Source: a virus
Reading direction: 5' to 3' (one strand)
Length of the DNA stretch: 17,070 nucleotides
Virus record (IMG/VR): IMGVR_UViG_3300044546_001014
Below the pieces are notes generated by a model that saw only the letters and a program-made list of their open reading frames with translations, was not told where the DNA came from and ran no database searches. The position numbers and the translations under genes are program-made. Positions 1 to 10,995 of the stretch are shown piece after piece. How positions within the stretch are numbered: the stretch's first letter is position 1; the number at the start of each line of letters is the position of its first letter.

Positions 1-2
1 GA

Positions 3-1193
3 TATCGCTACAGGATTTATCCTACCCTGCAACAAGAACAACAGATGACGTCTGTGGGTGGTGCAGTTCGATTCCTATACAACCACTTTCTCAAGGTAAA
101 CATAGATCAATACAACCAAGACAAAACATTTGTGTGGCAGTTTGACATGTGCAAACAGTTCACATCACTCAAGACCCAACACACTTGGTTGAAAGACACC
201 TACAGTCAGGTGTTGCAGAGCAGCATCAAGGACCTAGATCAAGCACTCAAGAACATCAAGAAAACCGGTGCTGGGTTCCCCAAGTTCAAGAGCAAGTACA
301 CTACGCCAATAAGTTTCAGATATCAACAACATACATCAATTAGCACTGATGGCAAATATGCCCATCTACCAAAAATAGGTGCTATCAGAATCAAGCTGCA
401 CAGATCACTGCCCAGCAAATATACCGGTTGCACAATCACACAAACACCACGTGGTTGGTATGCAAGTTTTGTGGTTGATGTGGCAGAACTGCCATTGGTA
501 GATCAAGTGCAGAACCCAGTGGGAGTGGATGTCAACAGCCAATACACAGCATTATCAACTGGTGACCTGATTGCCAATCCACGACCACTCAAACAAAAAC
601 AAGTGAAAATTAAGTCACTACAACGCAAACTTGCCAAGAAACAAAAGGCAAGCAAGAACAGAACCAAAGCAAAATTAAAACTGGCACGAACTCATGATCT
701 GGTTCGTTGCCAAAGATTAAACCATATACACCAAATCAGTGCGAGAATAGCCAAATCGCATGACCTGGTGTCAGTTGAAACACTGAAAATTGAAGAGATG
801 AGGAAGAAGAGCAAGCTAGCAGCCAAAGCTATTGCGGATGCAGGATGGGCCATGTTGGCTAACGCAATCGCCTACAAATTCCAACTAGCTGGTCATCACT
901 TCACCAATATAAATCAGTGGCTACTCAGTAGCAAGACATGCAGCTCATGTGGTACCAAGAAATCATCACTGGATTTGAAGCAACGAGAATATCATTGTGA
1001 ATCTTGTGGTGTTACACAGCATCGCGACATCAATGCAGCAGTGAATATCAAGAACTGGGGACTCCAACAATGGAACATAGATCATGCAAGGCAGGAACTG
1101 CCTCAAGCGCCTGTGGATGTGACTTGGGATATAATGGACAATTGGGGCCATGTATCTCAGTCACAATTGAAGCAGGAAGTCACTGCCCTTTAG
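3..1193 (+). CDS. tnpB: IS200/IS605-family TnpB (OrfB), an RNA-guided RuvC-like nuclease; the N-terminus is cut by the window edge
   Basis: The reading frame is open from nt 3 (YRYRIYPTLQQEQQ precedes the listed Met, matching the TnpB N-terminal 'KAYKYRIYPT..EQ' block). The RuvC-I motif is GVDVN; the RuvC-II Glu lies in VSVETLKIEEM. The zinc finger is CSSCG...CESCG and the RuvC-III motif is HRDINAAVNI. A Lys/Arg-rich linker is typical of the family. Confidence 0.9.
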   Translation, partial: YRYRIYPTLQQEQQMTSVGGAVRFLYNHFLKVNIDQYNQDKTFVWQFDMCKQFTSLKTQHTWLKDTYSQVLQSSIKDLDQALKNIKKTGAGFPKFKSKYTTPISFRYQQHTSISTDGKYAHLPKIGAIRIKLHRSLPSKYTGCTITQTPRGWYASFVVDVAELPLVDQVQNPVGVDVNSQYTALSTGDLIANPRPLKQKQVKIKSLQRKLAKKQKASKNRTKAKLKLARTHDLVRCQRLNHIHQISARIAKSHDLVSVETLKIEEMRKKSKLAAKAIADAGWAMLANAIAYKFQLAGHHFTNINQWLLSSKTCSSCGTKKSSLDLKQREYHCESCGVTQHRDINAAVNIKNWGLQQWNIDHARQELPQAPVDVTWDIMDNWGHVSQSQLKQEVTAL

Positions 1194-1244
1194 GGCGTGG
1201 TAGTTCACATACATATTCACAAGCTGTGTCAAACACTGGCAAAT

Positions 1245-1742
1245 TTATCCCAGCATGGCGATAGCTTTGGCAGCATCTGAATGGGAGAGGCCCACAGTGG
1301 GATCAGTTACAATGGCACGTGGTCCCAGGCTGGCAATGCCTGTGATATCGTCCACAGCCACCCAGTTTGTGATTTCTGGATGATCAGCCAACCACCTATG
1401 GATTTCATTTACTCTGTGGCTGCTCAACTTTCTGGGGGTCATGTAACTGCGTTCACTGGGATCTTCCCACTCAAAAACATGCTCAGTGCTGATACCATTG
1501 CGTTCCAGGCAACTGGTGATTTGGCTAAAACTATGGCCCATGGCCCAGCTGGTGCTCAGCACAATTTCTGTTTGTGTGGTGTTCAAAATGTGCATGAGGT
1601 TGCTCACGCACTGGTGATCAAATACCACTTTGTCCAGGTAATTGGCATGTGTGAGACCTTGATTGGCTTGTTCTTGTGCTAGGGGATCTGGCAGGAGAAC
1701 TCCATCAAAATCCAAAAATAGTATTTTTGTCAACGGTCTCAT
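1245..1742 (-). CDS. HAD-superfamily hydrolase or phosphatase-like protein
   Basis: The N-terminal motif I is ILFLDFDGVL (DxDG). A VAVDD motif near the C-terminus is consistent with HAD motif IV. An AGAGG sequence abuts the ATG. The gene is convergent with tnpB. Confidence 0.55.
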   Translation of the reverse strand: MRPLTKILFLDFDGVLLPDPLAQEQANQGLTHANYLDKVVFDHQCVSNLMHILNTTQTEIVLSTSWAMGHSFSQITSCLERNGISTEHVFEWEDPSERSYMTPRKLSSHRVNEIHRWLADHPEITNWVAVDDITGIASLGPRAIVTDPTVGLSHSDAAKAIAMLG

Positions 1743-1802
1743 CCTCTTGACGTATGTGTGTATTTAGAGTAAGCTTTTTCAAGTATTAAGTCAAGGATTC
1801 CC

Positions 1803-2267
1803 ATGGACAGCAAATGGAAACAACGGTGGCTGAAATTGGCACACGAAGTGGCCAGCTGGAGCAAGGACACTGTTCAGGTGGGTGCCATCATATTTGATCA
1901 CAACAGAAACCCTCGTGGGTTTGGCTACAATGGTCAGCCTCGTGGATTGGATGATCAACATCCTGATAGATTACAACGTCCGCTCAAGCCCTTGTATTTT
2001 GAACATGCAGAACGCAACGTGATTTTTGCCTGTGCTAGAAATGGCATCAGTTGTGATGGTTGCACCATGGTGGTCACACACTGGCCCTGTTGTGATTGTA
2101 CCAGGGCCATCATACAAAGCGGTATAAGAGAATTGATTGTGGATGCAGCGTGCATGGATCCACAAGGTTATTTTTTCCAAAAATGGCAAACTCACATTAG
2201 TGAAAGCCAACAAATGCTGGATGAATGTGGGATTGTCTGGCATCTGGAAAGTTTATCATCAGGATAA
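1803..2267 (+). CDS. dCMP (deoxycytidylate) deaminase
   Basis: The zinc-binding signature HAERNVI...THWPCCDC (HAE / PCxxC) matches the CMP/dCMP deaminase family. An AAGGA sequence lies 8 nt upstream of the ATG. Confidence 0.85.
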   Translation: MDSKWKQRWLKLAHEVASWSKDTVQVGAIIFDHNRNPRGFGYNGQPRGLDDQHPDRLQRPLKPLYFEHAERNVIFACARNGISCDGCTMVVTHWPCCDCTRAIIQSGIRELIVDAACMDPQGYFFQKWQTHISESQQMLDECGIVWHLESLSSG

Positions 2268-2295
2268 ATATTCTCAAAATACAGGGAATATCACC

Positions 2296-2742
2296 ATGAG
2301 TGAATTGGGATCAAGTATGAAGGTTGTGCTGGCAGATACATTCAGTATGTATATGCAAGCACACAAATATCATTTCAATGTGGAAGGTCCAGATTTCAGC
2401 CAATACCATGAGCTGTTTGGCAAAATCTATGATGAGCTGTGGCAGAGTGTGGATGAGATTGCTGAACACATACGAGTTTTGGACGAGTATGTGCCTTTCA
2501 ATTATGCCAGGCTACAGGAATTGAGCACAGTGGAAGATGACAACAAAATTCCCACAGCCAGCACCATGATAGAAAGATTGCTGGACACCAACAACAAGGT
2601 GATTGAGAGTGTCAAACAAGCACTGGAACAGGCCAAGATTGCCAATGACGAAGGATTGATCAACTTCCTGGGCGAACGTCTGGAAGTGCAGGGCAAACAT
2701 GGTTGGTTCCTGAGAGCCAGCACAAAAACCAACAGGGCTTAA
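2296..2742 (+). CDS. dps: Dps/ferritin-like DNA-binding protein
   Basis: LADTFSMYMQAHKYHFNVEGPDFSQYHELFGKIYDEL...VDEIAEHIRVL matches the Dps ferroxidase-centre helices (H, D and E ligands in the expected spacing). The start is placed at the in-frame ATG at 2296 (an alternative Met is at 2317) rather than the overlapping upstream Met at 2137. Confidence 0.8.
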   Translation: MSELGSSMKVVLADTFSMYMQAHKYHFNVEGPDFSQYHELFGKIYDELWQSVDEIAEHIRVLDEYVPFNYARLQELSTVEDDNKIPTASTMIERLLDTNNKVIESVKQALEQAKIANDEGLINFLGERLEVQGKHGWFLRASTKTNRA

Positions 2743-2744
2743 AG

Positions 2745-3386
2745 TTACTGCCAAGCCACCATTTTGAATCGTTCACTGGGTAGTCCAAAAAAAGCACACT
2801 TGTAGTCACTTTGTGCAAAAAAATCCAGATCATGCCATTCCTGTTTACGCCGCAGCAGTTCTTTTGCTGCGGCTTCCCAGTCTTGATTGAGAAACATGGG
2901 TTCCAGTTGGGCTTTGACCTGTTGTATCTCTGAATAATCAAAACTGTCAAATTCATAGTGGAATATTTCAAACACGTTGCCCTGGGTGTCTGCCCAGTCT
3001 ATGCTGAAGTCCAAGCCCCATTTGGGTCTGTATCTGGCAACTTTGTAGAACAAGGGAATTTGTTGTGCCCAGGTTTCCAACTGCTCTAGGGCTGCTCCTG
3101 CATATCCTTTGCGTTCAAACAACAGTGCATGATTGAGAACAGCACCCTCCGCTACCTCTGGTTCCTGTAAGAACCAAGGTTTTTTGAGGGCTATGTGCGT
3201 GTAATTTCTGTGCATGCTGTGCCAATTGGCATTCACCTTGCTGTACATGATTTCCAATTCACTGAGATCATATCCATTTTGATCAAACAGAGCAACGGAA
3301 TGGGCTGGGGGACATGTGTGTTCAAGGAGTGGATTTGTCCAAAAAGCATTGGCATCAAATTGGCTGTCAGCAAGTGATAGGGTCAT
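2745..3386 (-). CDS. hypothetical protein (213 aa)
   Basis: A long ORF divergent from the tail-fibre gene; no recognisable motif. Confidence 0.45.
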   Translation of the reverse strand: MTLSLADSQFDANAFWTNPLLEHTCPPAHSVALFDQNGYDLSELEIMYSKVNANWHSMHRNYTHIALKKPWFLQEPEVAEGAVLNHALLFERKGYAGAALEQLETWAQQIPLFYKVARYRPKWGLDFSIDWADTQGNVFEIFHYEFDSFDYSEIQQVKAQLEPMFLNQDWEAAAKELLRRKQEWHDLDFFAQSDYKCAFFGLPSERFKMVAWQ

Positions 3387-3440
3387 ACCCGGAGTCTAGA
3401 ATGAATACTGGTAAATATTCCATATTGCGGAGATATTTTT

Positions 3441-7364
<3,924 letters not shown>

Positions 7365-7370
7365 TAGAAT

Positions 7371-7400
7371 AACCTCACAGTATGCAACTACTGTGAGGTT
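7371..7400. terminator. bidirectional intrinsic terminator between the convergent tail-fibre and 7431..7847 genes
   Basis: A perfect 12-bp stem (aacctcacagta / tactgtgaggtt) has loop tgcaac. It is followed by ttcaattcc on the plus strand, with ATTCTATCAA on the other side. Confidence 0.6.
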
Positions 7401-7430
7401 TCAATTCCTGAAGATTTTGGTGGATTTATT

Positions 7431-7847
7431 CTATCTGCGTTTACCCAGTTCAGTCATCTTCAAATTACCGGCATATTGCACAGGACCTTTGTGATACAAA
7501 GGCATGAGATTGGCCTTTTTGGCTTGTGCTGCCTTGAGTGCAACTGATTCGCGGTCAGCCATCACAGGATCATCTGCATAGGTGCGTTGCCACTCACTGT
7601 CAAATACACTCTTTTTGAATCCACCCACGCCAAATCCATTACTGCATTCCAGATCTGTTTTTTCAGGCTTGACAGTGCGAGTGAGTTTGCCTGTGGATTT
7701 GGCTCTGCTTGCCAGTTGATCGGGATGAATGCCCTGCTTGCACAACCAAGCTTCATGTTCAGCTTTGGCCTTTTGCTGTTTAGCAGATGGCTTCTTGCGG
7801 GAATTGCCAATGTTGTTATAGGCAGGACCCAGTAAGTGCATGGTCAT
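7431..7847 (-). CDS. hypothetical basic protein (138 aa from the GAGGAG-preceded ATG)
   Basis: The ORF is Lys/Arg-rich. A strong SD (GAGGAG-N7-ATG) lies at the internal Met, so the start is placed at 7847 rather than 7892. Confidence 0.5.
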   Translation of the reverse strand: MTMHLLGPAYNNIGNSRKKPSAKQQKAKAEHEAWLCKQGIHPDQLASRAKSTGKLTRTVKPEKTDLECSNGFGVGGFKKSVFDSEWQRTYADDPVMADRESVALKAAQAKKANLMPLYHKGPVQYAGNLKMTELGKRR

Positions 7848-7907
7848 TGTCAAACTCCTCAACCTTCTATAATCTAGCACATGTGCATTCATGCGTCAAA
7901 GAAAAAA

Positions 7908-7931
7908 GGTGGTGTAATCAAATACACCACC
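7908..7931 (-). terminator. intrinsic terminator for the 8028..8285 minus-strand gene
   Basis: A 9-bp stem (ggtggtgta / tacaccacc) has loop atcaaa. On the minus strand it is immediately followed by a UUUUUUCUUUG run (the plus-strand A-run lies at 7902-7907). Confidence 0.6.
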
Positions 7932-8027
7932 CTTGAGTAACTAGTAACATTCAAATATTCTCTCAATTCACTGGGTGATCAAGAGTATCAAAATTGGATT
8001 TATTATAGTCTATTTAGACTAGAGCAG

Positions 8028-8285
8028 TCATGACCTTTCAAAGGTGATCTTGCTGCGACTGCCATTCTTGTCCCTGGCACTGATGCTATAGGATGTGAGC
8101 CCCTTGTAGTTGGTGCGAGTGTTCACACGCAAACCCAGCTTGCGCAGTTCACTCATTCTTGCACGTAGACTGCGAACATTCCACATTGCCTGGGCCTGAG
8201 CAGACGTGAGTTCACGGCCAGTGCCTCGCAGATAATTCACAATCTTTTGTGCTTGACTGACATCAGTAGTTGTAATGGTTGCCAT
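8028..8285 (-). CDS. small hypothetical protein (85 aa), possibly a DNA-binding regulator
   Basis: A strong SD (AAGGAGG-N6-ATG) precedes the ATG. A helix-rich, basic segment LTSAQAQAMWNVRSLRARMSELRKLGL resembles an HTH or winged-helix recognition region. This is an inference only. Confidence 0.5.
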   Translation of the reverse strand: MATITTTDVSQAQKIVNYLRGTGRELTSAQAQAMWNVRSLRARMSELRKLGLRVNTRTNYKGLTSYSISARDKNGSRSKITFERS

Positions 8286-8360
8286 AGTATGCCTCCTTGT
8301 TGCTTGTTTTTGAGCTATGCAATACTCAAAATTTAAGCTAACAAACAGGCAACGTCAAGC

Positions 8361-8385
8361 ACTCCACCAAGATAGTTGGTGGAGT
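8361..8385 (-). terminator. stem-loop downstream of the 8408..8692 minus-strand gene (putative terminator)
   Basis: A 10-bp stem (actccaccaa / ttggtggagt) has loop gatag. A moderately U-rich tract follows on the minus strand. Confidence 0.4.
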
Positions 8386-8407
8386 CTCAACTCACACTCC
8401 AGGACTA

Positions 8408-8692
8408 TTAGGCAACCATGCGCTGGTCACCATCACCAGCATCACCAACTTCCTCAGCCACAGTTTCAGCAGTGGGGATGGTGAGTCCGCGACGTGCAGC
8501 AAGATCAGCTGCCATCACAGTCTTGAAGGCATCTTCCTTGGTCATCTCGCCAGGCAGCTCGACGAACTCAATGTTCTCGAAGCCTTCCTTGGTCATGGTC
8601 TTGATGCGTGCATCAGCACGACCATTGGTAAAGCGAAACTTGTCCTTGCCCTTGTAGATGGCAGCGCCAATGTGAGTGAAAGTCTTGGCCAT
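8408..8692 (-). CDS. hypothetical protein (94 aa)
   Basis: An SD (AGAGGAGAA-N8-ATG) precedes the ATG. The C-terminus is acidic. No motif is recognised. Confidence 0.5.
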   Translation of the reverse strand: MAKTFTHIGAAIYKGKDKFRFTNGRADARIKTMTKEGFENIEFVELPGEMTKEDAFKTVMAADLAARRGLTIPTAETVAEEVGDAGDGDQRMVA

Positions 8693-8804
8693 AGCTGTTG
8701 TTCTCCTCTGTTTTGAATCAGCTTATGTCATCAATATAGCATCTGACTCTGATCAGTCAATGGGATTTTTTGCCAAAATAACTGATTAAACCCCTAATTG
8801 ATTG

Positions 8805-8832
8805 TTGACATTTTTGCGCCTGGTGCTATTAT
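8805..8832 (+). promoter_or_regulatory. sigma70-type promoter (TTGACA-N16-TATTAT) predicted to give a leaderless mRNA starting at the ATG at 8840
   Basis: A consensus -35 TTGACA (8805-8810) and a -10 TATTAT (8827-8832) lie in the divergent intergenic region. The ATG at 8840 sits 7-8 nt downstream of the -10 box with no room for an SD. Confidence 0.5.
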
Positions 8833-8839
8833 CAGGTTT

Positions 8840-9265
8840 ATGAAAAAGAATTCACCCGTTTACGCATATGTTTTGATGAGAAATGATCTGGCCAGCCTGG
8901 GCGCAGGCAAGGCAGCAGCACATGCTCATCATGCAGGAACAAGAATGACCTACCATGTACGCAAGCATGGCACCAGGGCACAAAAAGATGTGCTCAACAC
9001 CTGGGAACAGGAATGTGAGGGTGTGGGCACCACCATCGTGTTGAGTTGCGATGAAGAAACCATGAAGTGGTGTGTGGCAGAAATTGAAAAACTGCGAGAT
9101 CAGGGTTGCAGTGCAGGTGTGTGGCGTGACCCCACCTATCCCAGCACCACAGAGCGTGGGTTCTGTTTGATGGCAGTGGACGTGTGTGCCTGGGTTCTGG
9201 GCAGCAAGGACGATCTTTCACCTATCCTCAGCGACCTGCCTCTCATGAACAATTGTGCATGGTAA
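8840..9265 (+). CDS. PTH2-family peptidyl-tRNA hydrolase-like protein
   Basis: VYAYVLMRNDLASLGAGKAAAHAHHAG resembles the PTH2 N-terminal block (vvR.DL.mg.GKiaAQ..HA). The start is placed at Met-15 of the listed ORF because the 8798 ATG lies inside the predicted promoter. Confidence 0.45.
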   Translation: MKKNSPVYAYVLMRNDLASLGAGKAAAHAHHAGTRMTYHVRKHGTRAQKDVLNTWEQECEGVGTTIVLSCDEETMKWCVAEIEKLRDQGCSAGVWRDPTYPSTTERGFCLMAVDVCAWVLGSKDDLSPILSDLPLMNNCAW

Positions 9266-9268
9266 CAC

Positions 9269-9478
9269 ATGCAAGTGACCTTGACTCTGTCAAAAGAACA
9301 AATTCATAAATGGCAACAAGTGTGGACTCACAACGGATTTAGAGACTGGAATGATGCTGGTAGTTGGCTCTGGTGTAATTACCGAGCCAATGCCTATCGT
9401 GATCGTGGAGGCATGCTGTTTGTTTTTGAAACGCAAGAAGAACAAACGTCATTTTTGCTCTCCTGGCTGTCTGACTAA
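9269..9478 (+). CDS. small hypothetical protein (69 aa, Trp-rich)
   Basis: The ORF abuts the preceding gene (stop-4 nt-ATG). No motif is recognised. Confidence 0.35.
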   Translation: MQVTLTLSKEQIHKWQQVWTHNGFRDWNDAGSWLWCNYRANAYRDRGGMLFVFETQEEQTSFLLSWLSD

Positions 9479-9597
9479 TAGGCCTATTCCACATGATATG
9501 GCGTGAATACAGAGATATATGGAAAAACCAAACTCTCTACATAGTAAGTCTATCATCAGAAGAATGGCCCAGTGCAACCTTGCATGAAATAGTGCAT

Positions 9598-9617
9598 GGT
9601 CTCTGCTTCCAGAGACC
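9598..9617. terminator. hairpin between convergent genes (possible bidirectional terminator)
   Basis: An 8-bp stem (ggtctctg / cagagacc) has loop cttc. The flanking U tracts are weak. Confidence 0.3.
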
Positions 9618-9707
9618 CGCCGAATTACCGCTATCTTACAGCATCATAACTTGTGAACTGTTTGTTATTCACCAGCTATTATTAGCATGGGCATCGCACA
9701 TTGTCAA

Positions 9708-10148
9708 CTACAAAGTATATTCAAAATTTTGCGTGTGTGAATTTATTTGCAGCAACTGAGCACCATTTTTGATGTGAAATTTGGTTGCCATGTCCGTGAG
9801 AGGACTGAGAGTCACCAATCTTTGGATGTGACCCAAATTAGTCTTCACATGATTTCTCGCATGAACAATCATGGCCTGACCTCCACCTTTTTCAATAGCC
9901 CAGATGGTGTATAACACTGCCACTGTGGCATCAGTGCCCTGATAGCTGAACAATTGTTGCTCTTGAGTAGGCACTGTATCTGTGAATGCCACACATACCA
10001 CACTCTGCGGCTCATCCTGCTCGTTTAACAGCACCCAAACACTGGCATTATTGCCCACTCGCTGATGTGGGGGAATATGAGGACGAACAGGATCTTCTTT
10101 GATCAATTCCATCAAGGGATCGTGGATATCCTCTAGAGTTACCAGCAT
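9708..10148 (-). CDS. hypothetical protein, possibly a GNAT-fold acetyltransferase
   Basis: A GGAG sequence lies 9 nt upstream of the ATG at 10148; the listed upstream start has no SD. 'AVLYTIWAIEKGGGQAMI' loosely resembles the GNAT motif A (Q/RxxGxG/A). Confidence 0.35.
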   Translation of the reverse strand: MLVTLEDIHDPLMELIKEDPVRPHIPPHQRVGNNASVWVLLNEQDEPQSVVCVAFTDTVPTQEQQLFSYQGTDATVAVLYTIWAIEKGGGQAMIVHARNHVKTNLGHIQRLVTLSPLTDMATKFHIKNGAQLLQINSHTQNFEYTL

Positions 10149-10215
10149 GTGTGCGTCTCCTATAATACACATATTTAAAGACGCAGCACTAGTGTATTTC
10201 AAATAGCTAGACTTT

Positions 10216-10473
10216 TTAGCACCAATTCAAATCAAAATATGTTTTGTATGCTTTGTCACAAAAATACACTGTGAGCAAAGTTTTTTTCTGATCACTGCTC
10301 CAATGCTGCCAACTGAGTTGGCCCATATGTTCCAGACACCATTTGATGATCAGTTGACTGCGTTCCTGATCCAGGTTGTGCAATTCAGTTTTGTAGGGCC
10401 AGTGCTTTGCCATGGGTTTGTATTTAAGATCTACTCTGCTAGGTATTGTGGATCCCACTGCAATACAAACCAT
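10216..10473 (-). pseudogene. downstream half of a possibly frameshifted gene (it overlaps 10431..10660 by 43 nt in the -1 frame)
   Basis: Two same-strand ORFs overlap by 43 nt. The downstream one has no RBS, and there is no obvious slippery heptamer. Confidence 0.3.
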
Positions 10474-10660
10474 ACAAAAAGTTCATGAGTTCTAAAGATC
10501 AATGCCATATTCAAGGGATCAATATCCCAATCATCTGCGTCAAAATTATCCTTGCACCATTCTATTTGGTCCTTGACCAAATGTGGTAATTTGTCCTTGT
10601 GACCAAAATTGACTATATCTATAGTGCGTAATTTATAGCTGGGATAGGGAACTGCTGTCA
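10431..10660 (-). CDS. hypothetical protein; the upstream half of the overlapping ORF pair
   Basis: The first ATG is at 10660; the listed start at 10670 is a TTG. Confidence 0.35.
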
Positions 10661-10722
10661 TCTTGTCCAAGAATGCGGCAAGAATTGTTGCAGAGTCAAT
10701 TTGTAGGAGATTATGGAAATTT

Positions 10723-10847
10723 TGGTAGGCCCCCTCCGGTTCGAACGGAGATATGCTCGCTTATAGTTTGGGGATTGAGGAGTTGAACCTCATTGTGTAA
10801 CCTACATCCCCCGAGGCGAGTTCATTCACCAATTATGATAGAGGCCC
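10723..10847 (-). tRNA. tRNA-like cloverleaf with canonical acceptor, D and T arms and an encoded CCA, but a ~65-nt anticodon-arm region in place of 17 nt (a tRNA with an insertion, or a tRNA-derived structured RNA)
   Basis: Minus-strand reading: acceptor gggcctc/ggggcct (5 Watson-Crick + 2 G-U pairs); T8 A9; D stem tcat/atga with D loop aattggtga (A14, G18G19, A21). The anticodon stem is ctcgc/gcgag and the loop begins c-U33-CGG-G37, followed by a ~48-nt insertion. The insertion contains a second canonical T-arm (tgagg TTCAACT cctca) closed by ggggat/atcccc. The variable loop is catat, the T arm is ctccg TTCGAAC cggag, the discriminator is A, and CCA is encoded. Confidence 0.5.
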
Positions 10848-10995
10848 TTACCAACTGTTCATATATTATGTGCTAGATATGGGTTTGTCAACACATAATA
10901 TATAAATAAAGATGGTAATCCTGTTGCTACGAACAACAGGAAACCCGGCTTGGAGCCCCAGGCTGTCCCACACATATATTTACTTGGAGATTCCT

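Noticed and set aside
8798-8839. The upstream Met at 8798 as the start of the PTH2-like ORF.
   Set aside because: This ATG lies between the -35 and -10 boxes of a near-consensus promoter and precedes no SD. A start at 8840 gives a typical PTH2 N-terminus.
9493-9759. ORF 9493..9759 (+) of 88 aa.
   Set aside because: It lies in the convergent intergenic region and overlaps the 3' end of the minus-strand gene. It has low complexity and no RBS, and the region contains a terminator-like hairpin instead.
10727-10790. Plus-strand reading of the two hairpins (loops GTTCGAA and AGTTGAA) as tRNA T-arms.
   Set aside because: On the plus strand the loops are shifted and do not fit T54-Psi55-C56-R-A. 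Both become canonical (TTCGAAC, TTCAACT with G53-C61) only on the minus strand, so the element is called on the minus strand.
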